Source of the DNA: a virus
Taxonomy: Duplodnaviria > Caudoviricetes
Length of the DNA stretch: 39,456 nt
Strand: one strand, 5' to 3'
IMG/VR virus record: IMGVR_UViG_3300020045_004814
Location: 1 to 39,456 of that record
Position numbers and translations under genes: made by a program. Below, piece after piece: positions 17,928 through 28,244 of this stretch (positions within the stretch are counted from its first letter, which is position 1; every line of letters starts with the position of its first letter). The notes beneath the pieces were generated by a model that was not told the DNA's origin, searched no databases, and saw only the letters and a program-made list of their open reading frames with translations.

Positions 17928-18422
17928 TTATGTATTAAAATAAATAGTTTTTACGCAATTTGCGTTTAGTGTAATTGAACAGTCTAATGTAAGCGCATCC
18001 CAGATATCGTTGGTTTCATTTAACTTACCATCACCATAATTTGGAAATTCCTTAATATCATATTCCCCATTGAATGTAGCAATACCAGACTGAATTATTG
18101 AATAAACAATATTTTGAACTAATGGGTAAAGAATATTTTTATAACTCATTTCCCAACGTTGCTCATTCGTTAAATCTACCTCTGTATTACGACAAGCTAA
18201 AACAAAATTTAATGATGTTGTAGCTTCTTTTCGGTAATCGTCCTGTTTAGAACCGTTTGAAGTCTGATATATTAACGGATAAATACTACGGTTTGCATCG
18301 GAATATAACTGCAATTGTTTGATTAAATGAAACTCATCACCCCATTTATAAACGGGTTTAAATCCGTCTATTTCCGGCAACTGATTAAATATTTCATTTA
18401 AACGTGATTCAATTACTATCAT
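17928..18422 (-). CDS. Tail terminator/completion protein
   Basis: YPLIY motif; position just before the tail tube gene. Confidence 0.55.
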   Translation of the reverse strand: MIVIESRLNEIFNQLPEIDGFKPVYKWGDEFHLIKQLQLYSDANRSIYPLIYQTSNGSKQDDYRKEATTSLNFVLACRNTEVDLTNEQRWEMSYKNILYPLVQNIVYSIIQSGIATFNGEYDIKEFPNYGDGKLNETNDIWDALTLDCSITLNANCVKTIYFNT

Positions 18423-19057
18423 AATCCAAAAGTATTTATAACGGTTTTGTAGGTAAAGAAAGAGTTATCATAATCCTCAGGTTTAGACTGCATAAAGGAT
18501 TGAAGTGTAACAATGTTATTATTATTGTTTGCTCCTAACCATTGCATACCTAATCCGTTCCAATTATTGAAAAATCTATAATCCGTACCGTTGCAAGTGC
18601 CGTTATACATTTCAACAAAACTATTCCAAGCGTTAACTTGTTTTTGCGTTGGTGAAACCGTTGCAGCGTTTTTGCTATCAGATATTTGAACTCCTGTTGT
18701 ATTGAATGTTGAATATGCTTCTCCTAAATAATAGTAGAAAACATAAAAAGCAATTAAAGATATTTTTTTTGTTCCTTTAGTGAAACGTAAACCTCTCCAA
18801 TTATCAACACCATCTACTAAGTCTTTCCACTTCTGTAAAGCGTCCTCTTTCCATTCTCCATCAGTTTCAAACTGACTTAACAATTCATCGGTTTGTACAG
18901 TACCTAAAAAAGATACCAATAACTCATACTCTCTACTGTCTATTTCCATTTGCAACTGCGATAATTCGCTTGGCGTATTGCTTTGCATATTAGGCTGTGC
19001 GATTACATTTGGAATAAACGTGTCTTTTGACTGAAAATATGAGTTATCGATTATCAT
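18419..19057 (-). CDS. Head-tail adaptor
   Basis: MIID-SYF start, LIAFYVFYYY helix; position after the capsid. Confidence 0.6.
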   Translation of the reverse strand: MIIDNSYFQSKDTFIPNVIAQPNMQSNTPSELSQLQMEIDSREYELLVSFLGTVQTDELLSQFETDGEWKEDALQKWKDLVDGVDNWRGLRFTKGTKKISLIAFYVFYYYLGEAYSTFNTTGVQISDSKNAATVSPTQKQVNAWNSFVEMYNGTCNGTDYRFFNNWNGLGMQWLGANNNNNIVTLQSFMQSKPEDYDNSFFTYKTVINTFGL

Positions 19058-19058
19058 T

Positions 19059-19301
19059 TTATTTTTCTTTTTTAACTGCTGTTTCTGTTAAGTGTTCTAC
19101 GTCTCGCTCTTCGAGTTTTCCGTCTTTTACCTCAGTAGCTTTCTTATTTTTGATAAGTCTATCAGCTTGGATTACGTGAAGTAATCTTGGCTTTTTAGTC
19201 ACATCGTTATTTAAATAAACTACTTTGTAATCAGATTCTTTGTGAAAAGTAGCTTTTTGTACTACTTCTGATTCTACTTCTTTAATATCAAACTTTGGCA
19301 T
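19059..19301 (-). CDS. Small head-associated hypothetical protein
   Basis: Position after the capsid; ADRLIKNKKA motif. Confidence 0.55.
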   Translation of the reverse strand: MPKFDIKEVESEVVQKATFHKESDYKVVYLNNDVTKKPRLLHVIQADRLIKNKKATEVKDGKLEERDVEHLTETAVKKEK

Positions 19302-19317
19302 ATCTATTTATTTTAAA

Positions 19318-20592
19318 TTAAGGTGCTACTGTTAAATCTGCTTTCACTGCGTCTAAATCCAAAACCATAAAAGCAGGTTTTTCGTTGTTTGCGATTCTCA
19401 ATAAAGAGAATACCTCACCAATTGCAGTTTTTAAGTTTTTAATAAACTGATCGTTGTAAGTTCCAACTCTAAAGATATAAGCTGAATGCCATTCTCTGTA
19501 AACAGATGAATCACCTACTAAAGCTGTACCTTGTGCGATAACGTAAGAAGAAACTACTCTCATTCCATTGATAGTATAAACGCCGTTGTTGTTTACAATA
19601 TATGGCTTGATTTGTGCGTTACCCTCTGTATCTTGTGTAAACATTGCAGCAAATATATCACTAGGATTCATTACTACTAAGTTTGGCATAAAATACATAC
19701 CTTGAATAACTGACTGTCCAGCTATAACCGCAAGCGCATTATCCGCAGTCACAAAAGTACCATCAAATACAGATGAAGTATAAGCTACTGCATTAGTAAT
19801 CATTTTAGCAATGATACCATCTCGGTGCGCTCTATTTACTTTGTTCTCGAATAAGTCAATAATTGCATCAAAAAGCAATTCGTTATCCATTTCAAACTCT
19901 TCTGACCACTCAATACGTCCAGCGTATTTAGTTCTTGTTGTAATCGTTCTAACAAATGTATCAGAAGTTAATGGTTTTGTACCACCTTCAGCAACAACCG
20001 CAACCGCACCCTCTTCTGTAGCTTGTTCAACTCTAATTACTTGTTGTGGAACTTTAGCAACTTGTGTACTTGGGATAGCATCTAAAATACTATTTTCTGG
20101 ATGTCTGATTACCGCAATATCGTTTTCAACTAAATAGTTTTCAACTAATGGCATTGCAACAGCGCCCATAGTATTAGTGTTTGAGAATGACGCAGCAGCT
20201 TTGATTGCTGTAAATTCCGTACCGTCTAAATCCTTACCATTTTTGATTGCGTCAACAATCGCTTTGTGGTTTTCTCTAACATATTTTTTCAATTGGAATT
20301 TTTCTTTTTCTCCAATTGTTTGGTTGTTTTGTTTTTCCACTTTCTCTAATGCCTCAGCAATGTTTTTAATTTGCTCAGCGAAAGTTACAACTTTACCGTC
20401 AGCGTCTTTTTCAGTTGCTCCTAATACGTCAGCAAGTGCCGTTTTAAGTGATTCTGAAAATGTTTCGTCTGTTTGCTCTTGACGTACTTTTAAAGCTTCG
20501 TCTAAGGCGTTCAAGAATTTCTCTTGATCTGCTTCGATTGTAGCACCTTGTTTTTTTAATGCCTCAATCAATGAAATGTTTTTACCGTTCAT
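19318..20592 (-). CDS. Major capsid protein, HK97 fold with N-terminal scaffold (delta) domain
   Basis: Coiled-coil N-terminus; VAEGGTKP, VVMNPSD, INGMRVV and ALVGD motifs. Confidence 0.92.
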   Translation of the reverse strand: MNGKNISLIEALKKQGATIEADQEKFLNALDEALKVRQEQTDETFSESLKTALADVLGATEKDADGKVVTFAEQIKNIAEALEKVEKQNNQTIGEKEKFQLKKYVRENHKAIVDAIKNGKDLDGTEFTAIKAAASFSNTNTMGAVAMPLVENYLVENDIAVIRHPENSILDAIPSTQVAKVPQQVIRVEQATEEGAVAVVAEGGTKPLTSDTFVRTITTRTKYAGRIEWSEEFEMDNELLFDAIIDLFENKVNRAHRDGIIAKMITNAVAYTSSVFDGTFVTADNALAVIAGQSVIQGMYFMPNLVVMNPSDIFAAMFTQDTEGNAQIKPYIVNNNGVYTINGMRVVSSYVIAQGTALVGDSSVYREWHSAYIFRVGTYNDQFIKNLKTAIGEVFSLLRIANNEKPAFMVLDLDAVKADLTVAP

Positions 20593-20602
20593 TGTGTTTG
20601 TT

Positions 20603-21418
20603 TTAAATGAATGTTAATTTATTTTTTTTCTCGTTTTGAAGTGATTTCTCGGCTTCGGTATCAAGAGTGTCATCCAACGGCTCTTGTTTATTTTCTAAGG
20701 TTGGCGTTGCTGAGTTACTACCCATTACAACCGCACTACCCTCTATTACTTGTGCTTCTGATACAATCCACATATACCCTCTTTCATCTGCTAATTCTTT
20801 ATTAGCAACTACGGGATAATATTTATCCCAAACCTCTTTGTATTCTTTATCCCAATCCGCTTCTGAATTAATAGCTAATTCTAAATTTATATAACGCATC
20901 CCGACTGAATGGTTCTTAACCCATCCATTAGCGTATTGTTTCAACATAAAGTTATTACGCAATTTATCAATAGTACTTTCAAATACTAATGCCTCAGTAC
21001 TCCCTTGATATGGTAGTCCTAATTGTTTCCAAGTCATTGATTCAACACTACCTTTTGCATTATCGCTTATAACGTGGCTAAAATCCCTGTTATGTTCTTG
21101 CAAATGCAAAAAGGTTTTGTTATCACTTACTGACTTATTCCAGATTCCGTTAATATGTAAATCACCGTGAGAGTCTAAAAAGTTTGTAGTATTGATAACT
21201 ACTTTTACATTTAAGGTATCCGGTAATTCAGCAGCAGCAAGTGCCTTATTAGTTGCGTTTTTAGATATGGTTTCAATGTAACCAAATGAAACCGCATCAG
21301 CGTTTTTAACTACTGACTTCTTTAAAGAAACTAATTGCTTTTTATTTGCTATAAGTTCTTTGAATAAATCGGCTTTATTCTCAAACTCTCTGTCTGGAAA
21401 CTCTAATACTTTTATCAT
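20603..21418 (-). CDS. Prohead maturation protease
   Basis: DSHGD, LQEH, HSVG and EGSAVVMGSN motifs of HK97-type proteases; between portal and capsid. Confidence 0.82.
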   Translation of the reverse strand: MIKVLEFPDREFENKADLFKELIANKKQLVSLKKSVVKNADAVSFGYIETISKNATNKALAAAELPDTLNVKVVINTTNFLDSHGDLHINGIWNKSVSDNKTFLHLQEHNRDFSHVISDNAKGSVESMTWKQLGLPYQGSTEALVFESTIDKLRNNFMLKQYANGWVKNHSVGMRYINLELAINSEADWDKEYKEVWDKYYPVVANKELADERGYMWIVSEAQVIEGSAVVMGSNSATPTLENKQEPLDDTLDTEAEKSLQNEKKNKLTFI

Positions 21419-21543
21419 TTTCTAACTTCTTTATTATCGGTTAGTATTCGTTTTTTGTCTCTTAAACTTTTTTCAAGTTTTGGATCTAAATTCTTTTTTC
21501 CCAATTGCTTGTTTATCTCCTGTAACGTCAATTTAGTTCCCAT
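21415..21543 (-). CDS. Small basic protein (42 aa, MGTKLTLQEINK...)
   Basis: Hand-translated; overlaps the portal stop and the protease start. Confidence 0.5.
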   Translation of the reverse strand: MGTKLTLQEINKQLGKKNLDPKLEKSLRDKKRILTDNKEVRK

Positions 21544-22786
21544 TGTATTTATCTGTTAGGTTACTTAATGCTTGTTTTACGTCTTGACCAGCTTCTGTTA
21601 ATGATGTAAGGTTTGATATTAAAACGCTATCACTTTCGTATGCTGTCTTTTTGTCCTCTTGCAATACTTCTACACCAGATAAATCAGCATAAAACTCAAT
21701 GTCATCTGGTAAATAATAAACCTTTGAAAGTATATCGGCTTCATCTTGACATAGTGATTTTAAAACGTTTTGCCACAATCCTTTTTCAGCATCGTTTTTA
21801 TTTGTAAACGTACTACTTCCTTTACGTGGTATTAACTCAGGGTCAACTCCATAAATTCCAGCTATTGTGATTGCGTTACTTTCAGTCTCTTCAAATGGTT
21901 GTAATTCTGCAATAGTCCCTAATGTTTTTATAAACGTCAACGGAATAGATGAAATCCCGATAAAGTTTTTGTTTCCTGTAATGCCGTTTCTATCTTGTAA
22001 ATCTTTTAATATCTCTTCTCTAGTAGTTGGATCAACCGCTTCCTGTAAACTATTACCTCCTGTATGTGGTGCTTTGCTTAAAATACCACCGTTCCCATTC
22101 TTTGCGTAAACATTATATCTAGCTTGATAAACCGCTAAAATATTATCAATATTTTTCTCTACTCTTTTCAATGGTGATATTCCTACTCCAAACTCATTTA
22201 AACCCATAGATGTTGAATGATAAATATATCTAGGCTCAATCTTATGTTCGTAAAAAAAGAACGTTTTATAATACTCTACAAAATCCGCTTTAGACTTCAT
22301 TAAAAACGGATTGCTAATGTTTTTTAATAGTTTAGGCGTTGTTTTGTTTGGTTCTAATACCCAAATATTGCTTATATTATCAATAGTTGGATTCTTAATG
22401 CTCTCAGGTGTTTTAGTGTAGATATAACTATTACCATCTGACAGCTTAGAAAATACGTCTTTATAAACCAAATCCGCTATTGTGCTTTGTGGGTTTGGAT
22501 TAGTAATCAACTTTAAAAGATTACCTTTAGCCTCGTAAGGTTCTAAAGTTTTTTTGTTTCTTAATTTATATTGAACACCAGCCACCCTGTCAGCTATCGC
22601 ATCAATCGGAATGAAAACCTCAGCAATATTACAAGCCAATGAGTAAGGATTGCTTTTAGCATAGGTCTGTAATTCTCCGTTAATAGATTGCATATACTGA
22701 TTAAAGTACTGCATCCACGCACCAGTATTATCTTGCTCGGCAAATCCTGTTACGTTTGTTTTTTTATTTCTTGAGAACCAACCCAT
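21533..22786 (-). CDS. Portal protein (HK97 family)
   Basis: IDAIAD, NPNP, DGNSY, GISPL and IAGIYGVDPELI motifs. Confidence 0.92.
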   Translation of the reverse strand: MGWFSRNKKTNVTGFAEQDNTGAWMQYFNQYMQSINGELQTYAKSNPYSLACNIAEVFIPIDAIADRVAGVQYKLRNKKTLEPYEAKGNLLKLITNPNPQSTIADLVYKDVFSKLSDGNSYIYTKTPESIKNPTIDNISNIWVLEPNKTTPKLLKNISNPFLMKSKADFVEYYKTFFFYEHKIEPRYIYHSTSMGLNEFGVGISPLKRVEKNIDNILAVYQARYNVYAKNGNGGILSKAPHTGGNSLQEAVDPTTREEILKDLQDRNGITGNKNFIGISSIPLTFIKTLGTIAELQPFEETESNAITIAGIYGVDPELIPRKGSSTFTNKNDAEKGLWQNVLKSLCQDEADILSKVYYLPDDIEFYADLSGVEVLQEDKKTAYESDSVLISNLTSLTEAGQDVKQALSNLTDKYNGN

Positions 22787-22798
22787 TAATTACAAAGT

Positions 22799-22904
22799 AA
22801 AAAAGCCACTACTCGATTGCTCGAATACGTGGCTTTGTTGTTATATTTTGTGTTACTCATCCTTTTTAATCCCTGTCATCACGACGTTAATTAAGGCAAA
22901 TATA
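22799..22904 (-). promoter_or_regulatory. Promoter plus structured leader with a terminator-like hairpin upstream of the portal gene
   Basis: TATATTTG 22897-22904; GTC-GTGAT-GAC hairpin; AAAGCCAC...GTGGCTTTTTT hairpin with GCAA tetraloop. Confidence 0.6.
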
Positions 22905-22912
22905 TAATAAAT

Positions 22913-24358
22913 TTATGAATATAATAACTTTTTGTATTTTATTTTTAATATCGACGCAGCACTAGAGAGAGAATCAATTGCATCTTTCTTATTTTTGTTA
23001 TCGCCCTCACGCTCATACCCCGAAACGTGCTTAATGAAATTATGGTACTCTTTGTTTTCTTTGTAGTTTATATCAAATATAAAATACTTCAAGATAAACT
23101 CATAGTTTGATAGAATACGAACCTCTTTGTTGATTGTAGAATTAAACGGCTTTACTTTAGCGTGGTTTGAAATATCCCTTTTCAATAATAAATAAGCTCC
23201 TGTGCCTACACCGTTGACTTCTAAAAAAGCCTCTTCGATAAACAAAGTACGCATCTTTTCAATAGCTCTTTCGGTAACTACTTCAATACCCTCTTGACTA
23301 TGAATAACATCTTTTACAAATACGGCTAATTGATTGTCAATAACGCAAACGTGCATCATTGGAATACAGAAGTGATCACCTCCTTTATCAGCTGGGTCGC
23401 CACAACTAAACTTAAAAACAATGTTTTCATCTGGTATATTGTCTAAGTTTTCAAAGCGCATACGTTCCAAAGGTATTAACTTACCTTTTACATCGGTTGG
23501 ATTTTGTTGGTATTGTGTTTCAAAGACTCGTTCATCAGCTTCACGGATTTTAATAAGTTCGGCTAATGTTTGTTTAAATTCCCATAATGCAACTTCATTG
23601 CCATTTTCATCGGTTTCAATGCAAGGTATGTTTATAAATTCCCACTCCTCAGGCTCGTTAGTCATTAAGTAACCTATTAAATCACTTTCGTGTAATCTTT
23701 GCCCTATAACGATAATTGGCGTGTTACGGCTGTTAGTTCTACTTCTTATGGTAGTTTCAAAACGATTATTAACACGCTCTCTTTTAACTTCTGAATCAGC
23801 ATCGTCTGGCTTTAATGCATCATCGATAATAATAGCTCCAGCAAATTTATTTTCGGTTTGGCTTATAAACTCATCGATATCGTCTTGATCCACTTCTCCA
23901 GCTCCAAATCCTGTTATCTGTCCTCCTGTTGCAGTAGCATAAACTCCACCACCCTCAGTAGTGTACCATTTGTTTTTAGCTGTACTGCTTTTATCCATTT
24001 TAACCCAAGGAAATAAACGCTTATATTCTGGCTCAGCTATAAAATCCCGTGCCTCTTCTGAATTATCGAGTGCTAATGATTGTGAGTAAGATAAATGAAT
24101 GAATTTTGAAGCGGGATTAATTGCAAGCCCTAAAGCTATTAAGCTTTTAACAGCTAATTCGGTTTTACCGTAACGTGGTGCGATTGATATAGCTAAACGT
24201 TTAGTTTTACCTAACAAGACCTTATCAAGTGCCTCACATATAATTTCGTGATGTTTATTAATTACAAACCCTCTTTTAAAACGTTCCCTAAAAAAGTATC
24301 TTGTAAATAATAAACTATCTGAAACTAAACAAGCTCTTATAAGTTCGGTTTCTGTCAT
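22913..24358 (-). CDS. terL: Terminase large subunit
   Basis: Walker A APRYGKT, Walker B IIIDD, QRLHESDL, YQQNP; nuclease DPA and DAID motifs. Confidence 0.95.
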   Translation of the reverse strand: MTETELIRACLVSDSLLFTRYFFRERFKRGFVINKHHEIICEALDKVLLGKTKRLAISIAPRYGKTELAVKSLIALGLAINPASKFIHLSYSQSLALDNSEEARDFIAEPEYKRLFPWVKMDKSSTAKNKWYTTEGGGVYATATGGQITGFGAGEVDQDDIDEFISQTENKFAGAIIIDDALKPDDADSEVKRERVNNRFETTIRSRTNSRNTPIIVIGQRLHESDLIGYLMTNEPEEWEFINIPCIETDENGNEVALWEFKQTLAELIKIREADERVFETQYQQNPTDVKGKLIPLERMRFENLDNIPDENIVFKFSCGDPADKGGDHFCIPMMHVCVIDNQLAVFVKDVIHSQEGIEVVTERAIEKMRTLFIEEAFLEVNGVGTGAYLLLKRDISNHAKVKPFNSTINKEVRILSNYEFILKYFIFDINYKENKEYHNFIKHVSGYEREGDNKNKKDAIDSLSSAASILKIKYKKLLYS

Positions 24359-24777
24359 TTGCTTTTTAAGTCATCTAAAACTTTTTTAGCCTGTTCCGGT
24401 GTAAGTGGATTTTCAGTAATTGCAATTTCCCCACTATGTTCTTGTTGAATTTTATCGCCAAACATTTTAGGATAAAATTTAGATGCAGTCCATTTTTTAG
24501 TTTGAATCAAAACATTTGCTGCTGCTGGTTCAAGTTCCCCAGCTTTAAGTAAATCATAAACGTGGTCTATTTCTTCAATCTCACTTTCGGCTTTGTCTTG
24601 CATTGCCTTTACATACAGGTCAAATAATTCTTTATGTTCACGTTTCCAATTGCACCAAGTTTGAAAAGTAGGATATTCATCTTTAGATTTCAGAATTGTT
24701 TTTATATTAAAACCCTCTGCTACTTCTGAGCAAATTGTTTTACACATTTCTAAATTATATTCACTAGGTCTAGCCAT
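24355..24777 (-). CDS. terS: Terminase small subunit (Sf6 gp1-like)
   Basis: MARPSEY...IC...G HTH start, KW-ASK-YPK-FGDK; overlaps terL. Confidence 0.88.
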   Translation of the reverse strand: MARPSEYNLEMCKTICSEVAEGFNIKTILKSKDEYPTFQTWCNWKREHKELFDLYVKAMQDKAESEIEEIDHVYDLLKAGELEPAAANVLIQTKKWTASKFYPKMFGDKIQQEHSGEIAITENPLTPEQAKKVLDDLKSK

Positions 24778-24907
24778 AACCCCAAAATTACAAAATTATT
24801 TAATACCAAAATCAAAATAGTCCAACTTTTTTTGTAACACCTCTGCTTTTTTATAATCTTTGTTGATATTTGCTTTTTAAGAGTTTCTATTGAGTCGGGT
24901 TTTGGTT

Positions 24908-25264
24908 TCATAGGCTGTTAATAAAATTAATCAATTCAGATTGTTGATTTTGAAACGATTTTAAATAAGCATATCTTTCAAGTATATGAATTATTTGTTT
25001 ATCGCTCGGACTATATTTTCTGTGATAAAATAAATACTCCAACACGTGGTTAAGTTGTATTGGTTTTCCGATTATTTCGTAGTTTCTTATGTCAATTTTA
25101 AAAACCTCTTTATTATTTGAACATGCCCAATATACAAATGGAGCAATTTCTAATATTAAATTATATTTAGAATATGTTAATTTACTTTGTATTTCACACC
25201 CAACACCCAACTCATTTAACTCAGGTATCGCTTTTCTAATCTTTTGTTCTAATTCGTTTCTCAT
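24908..25264 (-). CDS. Hypothetical protein
   Basis: ORF with IIGKPIQLNHVL pattern. Confidence 0.65.
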   Translation of the reverse strand: MRNELEQKIRKAIPELNELGVGCEIQSKLTYSKYNLILEIAPFVYWACSNNKEVFKIDIRNYEIIGKPIQLNHVLEYLFYHRKYSPSDKQIIHILERYAYLKSFQNQQSELINFINSL

Positions 25265-25277
25265 CTTTTCTATTGGT

Positions 25278-25418
25278 TTAATTCAAACAAACGGTAAATA
25301 GTTTCACTCGTTTGGTATATTCGTTTTCTGTTGCTTGGAAGTATTCAAAGCATATCTTACCATCAATAAATAAATTACAATGGTAGTCGTAGAGTCGTAA
25401 AAGTAGGTTATGTTTCAT
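25278..25418 (-). CDS. Small hypothetical protein (46 aa, MKHNLLLRLYDYHC...)
   Basis: Hand-translated. Confidence 0.5.
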   Translation of the reverse strand: MKHNLLLRLYDYHCNLFIDGKICFEYFQATENEYTKRVKLFTVCLN

Positions 25419-25692
25419 AATTTGTGCATTTTGTGTAAAAGTGTAAATAAAAGTGTGAAGCGTTTTTCGTTTAATTATTTAATTATCAATTAGTTACTTC
25501 AAAAATAGTGTGCAATTTCACACTTTTTAAAATCGCTTTATATATATATTATAATTTATTTATATATTTATATATTTATATATTTATATATTTTACAATA
25601 AATATATACTTAACCCCTTACTATCATTGAAAAAAAAGTGTGCAACGGTTTACACTTTTCTGCACACTTTTTCCCATTTTTTTCACACTTTT
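25419..25692. other. Probable replication origin
   Basis: Largest non-coding gap, next to the helicase; several AAAGTGT(G/A) motifs in both orientations around a nearly pure A/T core with about four tandem TTTATATA units. Confidence 0.6.
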
Positions 25693-26990
25693 GAAAATTC
25701 ATCATTCCAATTATATAGAGTTCGTCTTGAAACTCCTAAATGTTCAGCTACCTTAGTAAAGTTAATTTTATCTCCTGTTTTTTTATTTTGCTCGTAAATT
25801 AATCTAAAACTTTCCATAGGGCTACCTTGAATTGTCGCAATAGCTTTTATTTTTTTAGTTTCCTTTTCGCTTATTTTAACGTTTTTAGCCTGTTTAATGA
25901 AGTATTTTGATAACTCCCAAGCATCTAGTATAGTTTTTTTATTTATTAGCTCAGGAATATTATTATTGTCAATATTATTTATGATATGTAAAAGTAATGC
26001 AAATCTAGGAATATACGATTTTTGTTTCGGAAGCATTGATTTCATATACTCATTTTCTTCATCTGAGTTTTGCATAATAGAAATTTCATTATAAATTTTC
26101 TCCCATTCATATTTTGCTTCTGCATCAAATTTATAAATATTTGGCATTATTTCTCCGTCTGCATTTATTTTAGTTTCCATTTTTAAAATTCTTTCCATTT
26201 TATAAACAAAATCGTCATACCATTGTATGGCTTCATAGTTCATTTCTTTACTATTGTATAATTCAATTTGTATCTCGGGACAACATAATAAAATACGGTC
26301 TAGGAATCCATTTTCTTTGTTTTCATCAGTAGAGAAACTTTCAAGAATTGCGGGTTGAACACCTCCTAAAATAGGGATAAAAGGCTTTGATAAAAAAGAA
26401 TTTCCTCCTTTACGATTCATAGAAACAGACTTTCCGCTCCAAGTAGTTAGCCAAAAAGGCAAATCTGAACCATTAGAGTAACGCGAGAAGTTTTTTACCC
26501 AACCATCCAACTCCTCTCTAAACATTCCTACTGATTTTGTGTTTTGGCTGTGAAGAGAAACAAGCGCTTCAATAGTAACATCATTTACGATAAATTGCTC
26601 TGGTAAAGGTTTGTTCTCTGGATCATCTTTTGAATCTTCCCATTCTTTCAATCGTCTAGGGTAACTCGTTATAAGTTCCGAGTTTATTCTCTCGAATGGT
26701 CTTGTTGCCATTGAAATACTTGGAGTTTTACCAACACCAGCCGAACCAACGCAAGCAATCCAAATATTTGCATACTCTTTCCAACCGTGTTTTACTTCTA
26801 ACGCGCAGGAATTACCAATTAAAACAGAAGTCCCCCAAAGAAAAGAAGAGCCCATATAATCAATATTACTATCTAATGTTTCGTTTGCATCGGTAAAATA
26901 GGATTGTATTCCTTTTGGGAAAATCTGTACAGGAAAATCAGACTTTTTTAATGTGCTTTTTAATTCTGAAAGTTTATCTTTTATACTCAT
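25683..26990 (-). CDS. DUF3987/YfjI-like P-loop helicase with C-terminal HTH
   Basis: GSAGVGKTP Walker A, D-T-EAL, ILGGVQP, NGFLDR; C-terminal VAEHLGVSRRTLYNW. Confidence 0.82.
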   Translation of the reverse strand: MSIKDKLSELKSTLKKSDFPVQIFPKGIQSYFTDANETLDSNIDYMGSSFLWGTSVLIGNSCALEVKHGWKEYANIWIACVGSAGVGKTPSISMATRPFERINSELITSYPRRLKEWEDSKDDPENKPLPEQFIVNDVTIEALVSLHSQNTKSVGMFREELDGWVKNFSRYSNGSDLPFWLTTWSGKSVSMNRKGGNSFLSKPFIPILGGVQPAILESFSTDENKENGFLDRILLCCPEIQIELYNSKEMNYEAIQWYDDFVYKMERILKMETKINADGEIMPNIYKFDAEAKYEWEKIYNEISIMQNSDEENEYMKSMLPKQKSYIPRFALLLHIINNIDNNNIPELINKKTILDAWELSKYFIKQAKNVKISEKETKKIKAIATIQGSPMESFRLIYEQNKKTGDKINFTKVAEHLGVSRRTLYNWNDEFSKV

Positions 26991-27829
26991 AATTTTAAAT
27001 ATTCATCGGCAATATCATTGCCTATTTCACAATCTATTTCGGTTTCTAATGCGTCGCTTACTTCAATAGTAAATCCTTTTTCATTTAATTTTTTTGCTGT
27101 TTCATTCCATATTTCAAAACAGCCTTTATCTGGGAAAGCAACTATTTTACGTAATTTAATCGGTGCTAGATATTCAAGTTTAAAACCATTTAAAGAACCG
27201 CAAGCCAACCAAAGAAAATCAGGATCAAAAATTGACATAATAAAAGCTGTTTTTTCGCTTTCAACGATTGCAATAGTCTTTTTTTTGTCCTCTTTTGTTA
27301 AGTGCAAACCAAATAAACATTGCTTTAAATTATAAGGCTGTTTATGAATCCATTTTATTTGTGATTGACCGTTACTATCTTTTAATCTTTTTCCTGTTTC
27401 TGGATTGTAAGCCATAATTTTGCCACCTCTAACTCTTTCTAGTTGGTCTATTTGCCAAAAAATAGTTTCACCATTATAGTATTCAGACAAAAAATAATCT
27501 TGTTTAGCTTTATGAATGTTTTTATATTCGAAACGTTTCGAAAGGAATGTAATTAAATCGTGTTTTTTATCTTTTAAATAAAAATCCTCCAAAGTTTGTA
27601 ATGGAATATAATCGGTTTCTTTAACTACAATTTCATATTTAGGTATAAAAATAGTTTCGTTGCTATCTGGTTTTTTATGATAGGAACATTGTAACTCTCG
27701 ATCGCAACGCATTGCACCGTCAATAATATTTCCTGTTTCTGTTTCAATGTAAGGAACTGCAGTTTTTTTTCCGCAATTGGTACAAATTATTTTACCACGT
27801 TTTGCTAGTGAGTATTTAAATTGTTTCAT
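26987..27829 (-). CDS. Primase-like protein (zinc ribbon plus TOPRIM; DUF6371-like)
   Basis: CTNCG...CDRE..CSYH, QCLFGLHL, VESEKTA, FPD, DIAD. Confidence 0.8.
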   Translation of the reverse strand: MKQFKYSLAKRGKIICTNCGKKTAVPYIETETGNIIDGAMRCDRELQCSYHKKPDSNETIFIPKYEIVVKETDYIPLQTLEDFYLKDKKHDLITFLSKRFEYKNIHKAKQDYFLSEYYNGETIFWQIDQLERVRGGKIMAYNPETGKRLKDSNGQSQIKWIHKQPYNLKQCLFGLHLTKEDKKKTIAIVESEKTAFIMSIFDPDFLWLACGSLNGFKLEYLAPIKLRKIVAFPDKGCFEIWNETAKKLNEKGFTIEVSDALETEIDCEIGNDIADEYLKL

Positions 27830-28244
27830 ATTGTAGCCATTTAATATGTTCGGATATTTTTAATTGAAATTCAAGAAGTGAATGTACAACTATGTAACGA
27901 CCTTTTAAATTTTTTATTCTTTCTTCGATTTTTATTTGTTCAGGCGATTGTTTTCCTGTTTCTGTTTTAACCTCAACACTTAAAACTTTACCATTTACTC
28001 CTTCTATTTTTAAGTCTGAAATTCCAGCCAACATACCTAATTTTACGTGTAATTGATTTATTTTTGATATTTCAGCCTTTACTAATTTTACCCAATGTAA
28101 AGGCATTTCTTTTGGCAAAGTAATTCCAAAACCATTAGTTACAGCATAAATTATTAATCTTGGATTATGTTTTACTAAGCAATATTCATTATTAAACCAA
28201 ATATATATTGACTGCTGTATTACTGCTTCTTGCGTTTGTTTCAT
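27816..28244 (-). CDS. VRR-NUC domain nuclease
   Basis: E..IQ...G...GISDL...VEVKT..GKQS.EQ. Confidence 0.85.
   Translation of the reverse strand: MKQTQEAVIQQSIYIWFNNEYCLVKHNPRLIIYAVTNGFGITLPKEMPLHWVKLVKAEISKINQLHVKLGMLAGISDLKIEGVNGKVLSVEVKTETGKQSPEQIKIEERIKNLKGRYIVVHSLLEFQLKISEHIKWLQYETI

Noticed and set aside
24800-24911. Possible frameshifted small gene (MKPKPDSIETLKK / KANINKDYKKAEVLQKKLDYFDFGIK)
   Set aside because: Too short to support, and no canonical slippery heptamer is present.
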